Assembly: GCA_004431415.1 (NCBI GenBank)
Contig: QPMI01000626.1
Coordinates: forward strand, 256,905 to 320,904
Length of the DNA: 64,000 nt
Reading direction: 5' to 3'
Source of the DNA: Cyanophora paradoxa CCMP329
Taxonomy: Eukaryota; Plantae; Glaucophyta
Both the position numbers and the translations under genes were made by a program. Of this stretch, positions 11,439 to 23,790 are shown in pieces. Within the stretch, counting starts at the first letter, position 1. The number at the start of each line of letters is the position of its first letter. Under the pieces are notes generated by a model. That model was not told the DNA's origin, searched no databases, and saw only the letters and a list, made by a program, of their open reading frames with translations.

Positions 11439-14400
11439 CTACCCCTCGCCGAGCCACTGCTGCCGGAGGGGCGCCGGCGCCGCCACCGGGAACGAGACCT
11501 CCCGCCTCAAAGAGGACGACGAGGGTGCCGACGGGGCGGAGGCCGAGGCCGAGGCCGACGCAGGCGCAGGCGGCCGCTCCCGCCGGAAGGAGGAGGAGGA
11601 GGAGGAAGGGGAGAGCGGCGTGGCAAGGGCGCTGGTCGAGGCGGAGGTGGAGAGGGACGCGTAGGGGCCCCTCCCGGGCTGCTGCTGCTGCTGCTGCTGC
11701 GGCCGGCCCAGAGGGGACGGGAGGCCCCGCCTCCCGACGCTGTCACCTCCGCCGCCTCCGCCTCCGCCCCCGCCGCTGCTGGTGCCGGGCCTCGCGAGGG
11801 ATCCCTGCATGCAGGATATATATCAATCCCCCGGAGGACAGCATAGCATAGCATAGCAGAGGGAGAGGCGGCGGGCACCAGCTCGCCGGCGGTGCCCGGC
11901 CTGGCGCCGGCGCCGGCCCCGGCGGAGGCTCCGAGGAGGCCGGAGGAGGGCGGGCGCCCGTCCGGCGAGCTGCCGCGCCGCGCCCGCTGCTCCGCCTGCG
12001 AGGGAGAGTGAGAACGAAATAAATAAGAGGAACACAAGCTTTAAGCATCCTTTAGACTTCACTTAGACCTGAGCGGGCCGCTCTAGTGCGGATGCAGCCA
12101 ACAGCGGATAACGACGGGCGGGGCGGGGCGGGGCGGGCCTGGAGGAAGGACTCGGCGTAGGACTTGAAGGAGCGCCAGACCGGCTCGTAGATCTTCAGCA
12201 GGAACCCCGCGTTGATCTGGGGGGGGGGGAGGTGAGGGGGAGGGGGGGGTGGAGGAGGGGCCGCGGGCTCGCCTCGACGAATCGCTCAGGGCTGAAGCGC
12301 TCCTCGCCGCCCTGCAGCGAGATCGACCCGCCCGTCGCCCCGTCCACGCTGCGCGCGAGGGGCAGGAGGAGGACAAGTCAGGGCGGGGCGGGGCGGTTAA
12401 ACAGGGCGGATGGGGGATCGAGAGCCGGGCTCGGGAACTCTTCGGAAGAAGTCTTCGGATTCTAGAGGGGGGCCGGTCCGCGCCTGCATATGTGGAGGAA
12501 CTCGACCTCGAAGAAAGCTAAAAGAAGCAGGAAGCCCTGGAAACTTAAAGGAGTTAAGAGGAGTTAAACTCTAAGGAGGGAGGAGGTTAAACTCTAAGGA
12601 ACTTCAAAAAATGGAGGAGAGGATGAGAAGGGCATAAATCTAGAGGAGGAGGAGCTTCTCAGCTTGAGGAGCTAAGAGGAGAGAGCTCAAGAACCCTCTA
12701 AGAACTCGGATTCCAGAGGGGGGCCGGGCCGCGCCTGCATATGTGGAGGAACTCGACCTCGTCGGCGTGCACGGCATGCATCCACCGCTGCCCGTACGCC
12801 GCCAGCCGCTCCGCCACCTGCGCCCGGCCGGGCCGGCGAGGGGTTAGTAGTCGGCGGGGGGGTCTGGAGCGCAGGGACGGGGGCGGAGCGGGGGGCCCTG
12901 GGGCGCAGGGGCTATCTATTGGCTGGACGAAGAGGCTTCTAAACCAACAAGGCCCTCTCTAGGCCTTTATTCGGGGCGCGGTGGGGGCTCTGGGGCGCGC
13001 CTTGTAGCGGGCGGCGGTGTACAGGTCGAAGGAGCGGCCGACGGCGCAGAAGAGGCCGCGGTCCGCGTGCGGCGCCGCCTTCGGCTTCACGTACCTGTAC
13101 CCGGGCGGGGGGGAAGGTGAGGTGTCAGTACCGCGCCGCGGGAAGGGAAGCGTGGGATCCCGGGACCGCCTAAAAGCCGCCGCTACTGAGCGGTTAGAGG
13201 CCTCTAGCTGCGGGCATGTGGATGTAGCGGGGAGCCGTGTCCCCGGGAGGGCGGGGGCGAGGCGCACACGACGTCGCGGAAGAGGCGGGGGCCGGGAGGG
13301 CGCTTACAAGCTTTTAAGCTTTTCAAGCTTCTAAGGTTTTAAGGTTTTAATCTTTTAACGGGAGGCCTTAGAAGCCAAGGGGGCTTTCAACACAATAAAG
13401 TGATAACGTAAAGAAGAAGGTCGGATGTGCGCACACGACGTCCCGGAAGAGGCGGCGGAGGAGGCAGAGGACGCCGGCGGGCCACACGCGGGGGCCCACG
13501 TCCAGCAGCAGCACCAGCGAGCCCCCGTCCTGCCGAAACAAGGCAAGGGGGCTCAGGAGGAGATTATCACGGGGCGGGGGCCCGGGCTCGCTTTGAGGTT
13601 GCGGAGGGCGGCGACGGTCTGGGCGATGAGGAGGCTCCGCTTCAGCCGCACGCTGTGCACGTGGTACGTCTGCCCGAGGCGACCGTCAGAAGAACGAGGG
13701 AGGGACCTCGGCCGGCCGCAGATCGAGAGAGCTCCCGCGAGAGAAGCTAAGCTGGGTAGCTAGCTAGCTAGAAGCTGGAGGCGTGAAGAAGCAAGACCTG
13801 GCCAGCTAGGCCGAGACGAAGCGAGGAGAGCGGAGGAGCGGGCGCACGGCGAAGGCGGTGACGAGGTCGACGACGTTGGTGAGGCGCGTGGATCGGTCCT
13901 TCTGGAAGAGGAGCGCCAGCAGGTCCTTCGCCGCCTCCTCGTGCCGTACCTAGAAGGGAGGGGGGGGGGGGGGGGGGCGGGAGGGGGGGGGAGAGAGAGG
14001 TCAGCCGCGACCTGGCTAGCTAACTACTACTTGGTCCGAGTGAGGGCGGGAGGGGGGGGGGGGGGCGGGAGGCGGGGGTACGGGCGGGCCTGGAAGTGGT
14101 GCGGGATGCCGTTGTTCAGGTGCACCTGCGCCCCCCGGTTTGATTTCGGGGCGAGGGGGGTACTGCTTATTTGAGGGAGGGGGGTACGCGGACCTCCTTC
14201 ATGAGCTGGAAGTGCCACTGCTGGTTGAAGCGCAGCTCCCAGCCCTTCTCCAGGCAGACCCCCACGCCCTTCACGTAGTTCTGGGGGGGAGGGGTACGGC
14301 TGCCGTCAGGAGGGGGGGAAGTCGGCTTGGGGTACGCGGCGCGGCTCGCCTGGGCCCGCGAGAGGATGTAGCTCGCGCATCCGCCGGGTAGGCAGTTGAT

Positions 14401-15458
14401 GTCTGGCGGGGGGTACGGATCACTGGAACGGAAACGAAGGAACGCGGCTGCACGGGGGGTACCGTAGAACTGGCACACGGCGCCGGGGGACGTGAAATAA
14501 TCGCCGCAGGCCTCGTCCACCTCCTTCATTCTGCGGGGGGTACGCGGTCGGCGCGGAGGGGCTGAGCCGGGTGCGCGCGAGATGATGCGCTAAAGCAGCG
14601 ATCGAGTTTGTGCAGTTCTAGCCAAGCCGACGGCTCGACGGCTCGCTGCCCGCGGGAGGGGGGAGGAGAAGCGGGAGGGGGTACGCACATCTGCCCGAAG
14701 CGGCCGAGGGAGGACCCGCCGACCTTTCCCCCCCGGAACTTGGCCTCGATCTCCTGGCTGTACGAGCTCCTCGCGAGCCGCTCCCGCACCGCGAAGAGCT
14801 CCCTGGGGGGTACGCGGTATCAGCTCGGGGGTACGGGCCGGGTCGGCGACGACGAAGAGGGAGTACCGGTAGTGGAGGTTCCGGCGGAGGAAGTGTAGGT
14901 GGAAGATTTTCTTGGGGCCTGGGCAGGGGGGGGGGGGGGGGGATGTTAGACTGGCGGGGCCTCCGGGGGGAAGAGGCGGGGGGGTACGGCCCGCGCACTC
15001 CAGAACGTCTCGCGGTCCTCCTCGGGTACGTAATTCGGATCCTCGTCCAGGATGAGCGAGCCGGCTGTCGTACCCCGGGAGCGGGGCCGGGCGAGGGCGC
15101 TGGCGCTGCGGCTGGCGGGGCGGGACCCGGCGCCGCCGCCGGCGGCGGGCAGACCCGAGGCGGTGGCAGGCCGCGGGCGCTCGACCTCTCCGCCGAAGGG
15201 GAGGTACGCCCCGCGCCCCGCGACGACCGCCGGCTTGCCCACGCCCTCGGCCACGCTCATGCGCGGGCCGCGGAGCCGGACGGCGGGAGAGCTGTTCGGG
15301 CGGTTGCTCCCGAGCAAAGACGTCGTGCGCCGCAGCGCCGGCGTTGACGCGGAGCTCAGCGGGCGGAGCGGCGGGACCTCGGGGTGCTGGTGGGCGGGCG
15401 GCGGGCCCGGCGGAGATGCCCCTGTTGGGCTCCCGGCTGCCGTTGGAGACTCCGCCAT
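11439..15458 (-). CDS. Divergent FtsJ/RrmJ-like methyltransferase-fold protein, copy 2 (16 exons)
   Basis: All 16 exons join in frame using 8 GT and 7 GC donors. Same motifs as copy 1. Confidence 0.8.
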
Positions 15459-16335
15459 TGCTGCCGCTGTCTGATGGCCGCCGGGAAGAGGAGGAGCGCG
15501 CGCCCGACTTGGCCGGGGCGGCGGCTCGACGGCAGAGTCCCGCCTGCAGCGCGCGCTTAGCTAACGCACACAGAGCAACCAAAGGCAAATACAGAGAGCA
15601 GAGCCGCACCGCTCAGGGCCCGGCGCGAGAGGATGCGGATGGGCGGTTTTAGGTCAGTTCGCCGCCGCGACTGAAGCAGCCGCCAGGGAGCTGCTGAATG
15701 GCGCTAAGACCTGCTACCAAGGCTCTCAGAAGCTTGGCGAAGCTTGGAGAAGCTTTGCGGGCTTGCTGCGCTCGTTGCTAGTGATTGTACCTCTTCGTGG
15801 AGCAGCCTGGCTGCAGGTGGCTGCTGCAGCCGCTTGAAAGCCCGCCGCTTGATGCATATGGGACAGCAACGCTGGCTCATCATGGTATGATCAGAGCTAG
15901 CGCTCAAGCTTGGAGATGCGGGCTTGTTGGACATGGGCTCGTTTTATTGTGTTGTCGTGAGCGGATACTTTGTGAGCTCAAATGGTCGAGCGCTGGCGCT
16001 TCCGCGGAGCCCAAGCTGCGCACCCGCGGCCGCATTCGTCAGCGGCATAATTCGAAGCAAGGATCGCGCGTATACGCAGACGCACACAGACGCACACGCA
16101 CACGGTGCGGGGTGCGGGCTTCGCGCTGAAGTACTAGTGCGCGATGCCCAGGTGCAGCGACCGTCGGTAACGCCGCCGATCGACTGCTGAACACGAGCCC
16201 ACTGCTGCGACGGCATGAGACAAACGCCTCTGAGCTGCATATATATATAGGGCGCGCCGCAGTAGAGCTGCAGTTCTGCTGGGCATTCCTGTACCCCGGA
16301 TTTTCGGAAGTCGCATCGCTGTCCGGTTGTTCAGC

Positions 16336-18089
16336 ATGTCGACGTCGATTGCTTTCGCGGCGCCTTCGGCGCTTGCATCACCAGCGCTAACGGTTCAGCC
16401 GTCGCCGCTCCTGGCCTCGGGCTCAAGCACTCTCCTCATGATCAGCAGCCGCGCACTTCGCCCGCGCGCAATCTCCTCAGCATCCGCGCCCATCGACCGC
16501 CTGCGGACCACTGGCATGTCGGCATTCCATCCATCGCACACATCTCTAAGCGCCGGAGGCCGGCATTCCTTCCCTCGATATCGCCCGGATATGCGTGCAC
16601 AGCTCGGGCATCGCAATTGGCAGCTGCAGCTGCAGACCGCACGTGCACGCGCAGCTGATCATGATTTTCACGTGCGCGCAATGGTTGATCGTGATCAAGA
16701 TCTAGAGCTCGAGGCGGCAAAAAAACCAAAGCAGCTGGCCATGGCCGCGCGCGGCCGCGGCCGCGGCCGCGGTCGACGTCGCCGCGCCGCAGCGGCAGAT
16801 CCAGATCTAGAGCAGCTAGCGCTACAACCGGTTCCAATCGCAAAGCAGCTGCAGCAGATCGCTAGTCCGCAGATTATGCTCAGCGCGACGTCGGTCATCG
16901 TTGCCATCGGCGCGGCCGCTGTCGTCACAGCAGCTCCGAGCGTCGCGCCAGGTGGCATGTTTGCCATCTCCGCAGTTGTTGTGATTTCGTCAGCGGTTTT
17001 CGGTTACAACATCGGAATCAAGGTCGACGCCCCGGGGGGCCGGGCCGGGGCGCCCCGCCCGCGGCCCCATGCACGCGCACGTGTGTGCGCATGCCGTAAG
17101 CATCACTGATCATGAAGGCGCGTGCACATGCGTATGCAGGATCTTGAGACGGCGAAAGAACTGTCGAAGAAGGAAGTTAAAGCGGTCAGCAACTGATATC
17201 TGTCGAAGTTCGGCGCGCGTCCCGGTGGCGTCGCTTTATCTGACGCAGCATGCGCAGGCGGAAAAAACGGCGGAGAAGGAGGTCAAAGCGGTTCGTCAGC
17301 TTACTTAGTTGAACTGCCCGACGCCGCGGTAGCTGTCCTGACGCAAACAGAAGGCGGAAAAGGCAGCGCAGATGCGGATTGACGCGGTTCGCATGCTGTG
17401 TTTAGTTGAATTGCCTGACGCCGGCGCCACGGTAGCTATATAGCTGTCCTGACGCAAACAGACAGGTGGAGACGGAAGCGCGGCTGCGGGTCGATGCGGT
17501 TCGCATGCTGTGTTTAGTTGAATTGCCCGACACCGCGATAGCTGTCCTGACGCAAACAGAAGGCGGAAAAGGCAGCGCAGATGCGGATCGACGCGGTTCG
17601 CATGCTGTGTTTAGTTGAATTGCCTGACGCCGGCGCCACGGTAGCTGTCCTGACGCAAACAGACAGGTGGAGACGGCAGCGCAGCTGCGGGTCGATGCGG
17701 TTCGCATGCGCATGCTGTGCTGCAGCCGATGATCATGAGCCCATGTGACGCGTTGCCTTACAGGCTAACGCACTTGCCACGGAGAAGGATCGCGAGGTTT
17801 GTTGCATGTAGATCTGCCGGCGCCGCAATGCTGCTGCAGCTGCTGTATATGCACAGATGGCTCGTACTCATCATATATATGCATAATCCTGGTCCTGTGG
17901 CTGCGGCAGGCCACGAATCAGCGGAACAAGGCTGAGCAGTTACTGGTCCGTTCTCGACAGAGGAACAGCTTCATTCACAGCTCAGCTCACGTGTGCGCGC
18001 AGAGTGAGAAACTTCACCTCGTGGCTGAGAACGCTGGGCTGCCCAAGCCGCGAACGTCTCGGAAGTTTTTGGAGGAGGACGAAGCCTGA
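16336..18089 (+). CDS. Putative plastid-targeted membrane protein with hendecad microexons, copy B
   Basis: Near-identical to 8783..10532; the exon-1 indels are in frame. Confidence 0.7.
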
Positions 18090-18829
18090 TCATGATCATG
18101 AGCTCAAGGTGCCGCAGCACAGTCCGTGTGAGCTTACTTCTGTTTGTTTCTTTTGAGCTCCGGATCCAAGCCATCATGGCACATATATAATGATTGCAAA
18201 TTGAACTGATCGCGTTTTCTCAGCAATGACGCTCGCGAGTCGGGATCCGGAGGTGTCAACCGGAGCATGCGGCCGCAGGGGGCCTAAACTACGAAACTTG
18301 TCTGGTTCGTGTCCGGCTTGACGATCGTGTCCGGGTTGATTGATTAATTATAATTATGTACCTCACAAATTAGGTGCCCTAGCTCACCCTCTCGGCCCAT
18401 GGCCGACCATGGCCGGGCCACCCCTAGCTAGTTTAGGCGCATGCCTCATAATCACTGGGTCAGGACTGGAGCATGCGCACTGCACGCACATACTTGATAG
18501 CTATAGCAAGCATTCTGTAGATCGAGTATTAAAAAGTTATAATTAATGATGATATTTCGATCGGAATATCATGATCAGTAGACGCGAATGGATCCAGATA
18601 TCGATTCATGATTGTTTCATTGGACACGAGTACTTTGAATGCTGCGGCGCATATGCATGTACCACCGCAGTCACAGATTGCGTGATCGTGGTTTTGACTG
18701 ATGTACATGTCCGAGTTGAACGTGACGCAATATAACACATCGCTAGGACGTCGGCTCCTCTCGCACAGGCCTAAGCTAACGGGCAACGTTGACATATGCA
18801 TTTATTACGAATCCCCCGCCCCGCCTTCG

Positions 18830-21800
18830 CTACCCCTCGCCGAGCCACTGCTGCCGGAGGGGCGCCGGCGCCGCCACCGGGAACGAGACCTCCCGCCTCA
18901 AAGAGGACGACGAGGGCGCCGACGGGGCGGAGGCCGAGGCCGAGGCCGACGCAGGCGCAGGCGGCCGCTCCCGCCGGAAGGAGGAGGAGGAGGAGGAAGG
19001 GGAGAGCGGGGTGGCGAGGGCGCTGGTCGAGGCGGAGGTGGAGAGGGAGGCGTAGGGGCCCCTCCCGGGCTGCTGCTGCTGCTGCTGCTGCGGCCGGCCC
19101 AGAGGGGACGGGAGGCCCCGCCGCCCGACGCTGTCGCCCCCGCCTCCGCCTCCGCCTCCGCTGCTGGTGCCCGGCCTCGCGAGGAATCCCTGCAGGCAGG
19201 ATATCAAATCTTCCAAAGGACATCATAGCATAGCATAGCATAGCAGAGGGAGAGGCGGCGGGCACCAGCTCGCCGGCGGTGCCCGGCCTGGCGCCGGCGC
19301 CGGCCCCGGCGGAGGCTCCAAGGAGGCCGGAGGAGGGCGGGCGCCCGTCCGGCGAGCTGCCGCGCCGCGCCCGCTGCTCTGCCTGCGAGGGAGAGTGAGA
19401 ACGAAATAAATAAGAGGAACACAAGCTTTAAGCATCCTTTAGACTTCACTTAGACCTGAGCGGGCCGCTCTAGTGCGGATGCAGCCAACAGCGGATAACG
19501 ACGGGCGGGGCGGGGCGGGGCGGGCCTGGAGGAAGGACTCGGCGTAGGACTTGAAGGAGCGCCAGACCGGCTCGTAGATCTTCAGCAGGAACCCCGCGTT
19601 GATCTGGGGGGGGGGGGGGGGGGGGGGGAAGGTGAGGGGGAGGAGGGGGGGAAGGAGGGGCCGCGGGCTCGCCTCGACGAATCGCTCGGGGCTGAAGCGC
19701 TCCTCGCCGCCCTGCAGCGAGATCGACCCGCCCGTCGCCCCGTCCACGCTGCGCGCGAGGGGCAGGAAGAGGACAAGTCAGGGCGGGGCGGGGCGGTTAA
19801 ACAGGGCGGATGGGAGATCGAGAGCCGGGCTCGGGAACTCTTCGGAAGAAGTCTTCGGATTCTAGAGGGGGGCCGGTCCGCGCCTGCATATGTGGAGGAA
19901 CTCGACCTCGAAGAAAGCTAAAAGAAGCAGAAAGCTCTGGAAACTTAAAGGAGTAAAGAGGAGTTAAACTCTAAGGAGGGAGGAGGTTAAACTCTAAGGA
20001 ACTTCAAAAAATGGAGGAGAGGATTAGAAGGGCATAAATCTAGAGGAGGAGGAGCTTCTCAGCTTGAGGAGCTAAGAGGAGAGAGCTCAAGAACCCTCTA
20101 AGAACTCGGATTCCAGAGGGGAGCCGGGCCGCGCCTGCATATGTGGAGGAACTCGACCTCGTCGGCGTGCACGGCGTGCATCCACCGCTGCCCGTACCCC
20201 GCCAGCCGCTCCGCCACCTGCGCCCGGCCGGGCCGGCGAGGGGTTAGTAGTCGGCGGGGGGGTCTGGAGCGCAGGGACGGGGGCGGAGCGGGGGGCCCTG
20301 GGGCGCAGGGGCTATCTATTGGCTGGACGAAGAGGCTTCTAGACCAACAAGGCCCTCTCTAGGCCTTTATTCGGGGCGCGGTGGGGGCTCTGGGGCGCGC
20401 CTTGTAGCGGGCGGCGGTGTAGAGGTCGAAGGAGCGGCCGACGGCGCAGAAGAGGCCGCGGTCCGCGTGCGGCGCCGCCTTCGGCTTCACGTACCTGTAC
20501 CCGGGCGGGGGGGGGGAAGGTGAGGTGTCAGTACCGCGCCGCGGGAAGGGAAGCGCGGGATCCCGGGACCGCCTAAAAGCCGCCGCTACTGAGCGGTTAG
20601 AGGCCTCTAGCTGCGGGCATGTGGATGTAGCGGGGAGCCGTGTCCCCGGGAGGGCGGGGGCGAGGCGCACACGACGTCGCGGAAGAGGCGGGGACCGGGA
20701 GGGCGCTTACAAGCTTTTAAGCTTTTCAAGCTTCTAAGGTTTTAAGGTTTTAATCTTTTAACGGGAGGCCTTAGAAGCCAAGGGGGCTTTCAACACAATA
20801 AAGTGATAACGTAAAGAAGAAGGTCGGATGTGCGCACACGACGTCGCGGAAGAGGCGGCGGAGGAGGCAGAGGACGCCGGCGGGCCACACGCGGGGGCCC
20901 ACGTCCAGCAGCAGCACAAGCGAGCCCCCGTCCTGGGGGGGGAGCGGGGTCGAAAGTTAGTTAGGATGCTTCGGAAGAGTTCATCGGGGGGCGGGGGCTC
21001 GCCTTGAGGTTGCGGAGGGCGGCGACGGTCTGGGCGATGAGGAGGCTCCGCTTCAGCCGCACGCTGTGCACGTGGTACGTCTGCCCGCGGCGCCCCGCCC
21101 GTCAGCGGCCGTCAGAACGAGGGAGAGATCCAGCTAAGAGAGCTCCCGCGAGGGAAGCTAGGCTAGCTAGCTAGCTAGCTGGAAGCTAGAGGCGAGAAGA
21201 GAAGGAGCTAGGCCCAGTTGGGGAGGAGGGCGCGCCGTCAGCGGCCGTCAGCGGCCGTCAGAACGAGGGAGGGACCTCCGAGGCTCGGCGGCGCGCCGGT
21301 CGACGGCGCCTAGAAGCCGGCTAGCCGGCTAGCTAGCCCAGCTAGGTCCAGCTCGAGGAGCGAGCGCCCGGCGAATGCGGTGACGGGTCTAGCTGGAAGC
21401 TAGCTAGCTAGCTTGCTGGAAGCTAGAGGCTAAGTTAAAAGCAAGGCCTTGCTAGCTAGTTAGGCTAGGCCGAGGAGGGCAGAGGAGGGACGAAGGGCGC
21501 CCGGGGGTCTAGTTGGAAGCTAGCAAGCTAGCTAGCTAGCTAGAAGTTAAGAGGCGAGGAGAAGCTAGGCCGAGAGAAGCGAGAAGCGAGGAGAGACTAG
21601 GCGAGGAGAAGCTAGGAGAGCCGAGGGGCGGGCTCACGGCGAAGGCGGTGACGAGGTCGACGACGTTGGTGAGGCGCGTGGAGCGGTCCTTCTGGAAGAG
21701 CAGCGCCAGCGGGTCCTTCGCCGCCTCCTCGTGCCGCACCTGCAAAAGGGGGGGGGGGGGGGGGGGGGTCAGCCGCGGTGGCCCTAGAGCGGACGGGCGG

Positions 21801-23201
21801 GCGGGCGGGGGGTACGGGCGGGCCTGGAAGTGGTGCGGGATGCCGTTGTTCAGGTGCACCTGCGCCCCCCGGCTTGATTTCGGGGGAGGGAGGGTACGGC
21901 TTGATTTCGGGGGAGGGGGGTACGCGGACCTCCTTCATGAGCTGGAAGTGCCACTGCTGGTTGAAGCGCAGCTCCCAGCCCTTCTCCAGGCAGACCCCCA
22001 CGCCTTTCACGTAGTTCTGAGGGGGGTACGGCTGAATTTAGGGAGGGGGAAGGCAGCTTGGGGTACGCGGCGCGGCTCGCCTGGGCCCGCGAGAGGATGT
22101 AGCTCGCGCATCCGCCGGGTAGGCAGTTGATGTCTGGCGGGGGGGTTCAGGTCACTGGAACGGGAGCGAGGGAACGCGGCTGCACGAGGGAGGGAGAGGG
22201 AGGGGGTACCGTAAAACTGGCCCACGGCGCCGGGGGACGTGAAATAATCACCGCAGGCCTCGTCCACCTCCTTCATTCTGGGGGGGGTACGCGGTCGGCG
22301 CGGAGGGGCCGAGACGGGTGCGCGCGAGGCGGGTGAGCTAAAGTAGCGATAATTGCAGTGCAGTCCTAGCTGAGCCGCTCGGCTCGAAGGCTCGCTGCCC
22401 GCGGGAGGCGGGGGGAGAAGAAGCGGGAGGGTACGCACATCTGCCCGAAGCGGCCGAGGGAGGACCCGCCCACCTTGTCCCCCCGGAACTTGGCCTCGAT
22501 CTCCTGGCTGTACGAGCTCCTCGAGAGCCGCTCCCGCACCGCGAAGAGCTCCCTGGGGGGTACGCGATATCAGCTCGGGGGTACGGGCGGGGTCGGTGGC
22601 TACGGAAGGGGGGTACCGGTAGTGGAGGTTCCGGCGGAGGAAGTGCAGGTGGAAGATCTCCTTGGGGCCTGGGCGGGGGTACAAGGTTAGACTGGCGGGG
22701 CCTCCGGGGGATCAGGCGAGGGGGGGGTACGGCTCGCGCACTCCAGAACGTCTCGCGGTCCTCCTCGGGTACGTAGTTCGGGTCCTCGTCCAGGATGAGC
22801 GAGCCGGCCGTCGTACCCCGGGAGCGCGGCCGGGCGAGGGCGCTGGCGCTGCGGCTGGCGGGGCGGGACCCGGCGCCGCCGCCGGCGGCGGGCAGACCCG
22901 AGGCGGTGGCAGGCCGCGGGCGCTCGACTTCGCCACCGAAGGGGAGGTACGCCCCGCGCCCCGCGACGACCGCCGGCTTGCCCACGCCCTCAGCCACGCT
23001 CATGCGCGGGCCGCGGAGCCGGGCGGCCGGAGAGCTGTTCGGGCGGTTGCTCCCGAGCATTGACGGCGTGCGCCGCAGCACCGGCGTCGAGGCGGAGCTC
23101 AGCGGGCGGAGCGGCGGGACCTCGGGGTGCTGGTGGGCGGGCGGCGGGCTCGGGGGAGAAGCTGCTGTTGGGCTCCAGGCTGCCTTTGGAGACTCAGCCA
23201 T
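18830..23201 (-). CDS. Divergent FtsJ/RrmJ-like methyltransferase-fold protein, copy 3
   Basis: Same exons as copies 1 and 2. The 5' introns have diverged while exon frames are kept, and many exon changes are silent. Confidence 0.8.
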
Positions 23202-23790
23202 TGCTGCCGCTGTCTGAAGGCCGCCAGGAAGAGGAAGAGCGCGCGCCCGACTTGGTCAGGGCAGCGGCTCGATGGGAGAGTCCCGCCTGCAGCGCGCGCT
23301 TAGCTAACGCATCCAGAGCAATTAAGGGCAGGTTTAGAGAGCAGAGCCGCACCGCCCAGGGCCCGGCGCGAGAGGATGCGGATGTGCGGTTTTAGGTCAG
23401 TTCGCCGCCGCGGCTGAAGCAGACGCCAGGGAGCTGCTGGATGGTGCCAATACCTACTAGCAGGGCTCTCGGAAGCTTGGCGAAGCTTGGAGAAGCTTGC
23501 GGGCTTGTTGGGCTCGTTGTTAGATGCTTGTACCCCTGCGTGAAGTAGCCCCCGCTGCAGCCGCGCTCGAAAGCCCGCCGCGCGACGGGACAGCAAAGCT
23601 CGGCTCAGCTTAAACAACTAGCTCGAGTGAGCCTAAGCGCAACGGTCGCCCGCTCAAGTTCGCTACAGCCCGGCTACACAGCCGTTAGTCGCTCCCGTGC
23701 CCTGCTTCCCACTGCTGAGGCGTGCAATGGCAGCGTCCTCCCGCCTCTAGCGTTCCGGGCCTTCCCGCGGCCGGCCAGAAAGACTCGGAG

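Larger units (their letters stand above)
2997..23520. repeat. Tandem segmental triplication, unit about 7.4-7.7 kb (three FtsJ-like genes, two microexon genes)
   Basis: Equivalent start codons at 7913, 15458 and 23201; equivalent stops at 3368, 11439 and 18830. Bases 7.4-11.3 kb are nearly identical to 15.0-18.7 kb. Confidence 0.95.
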
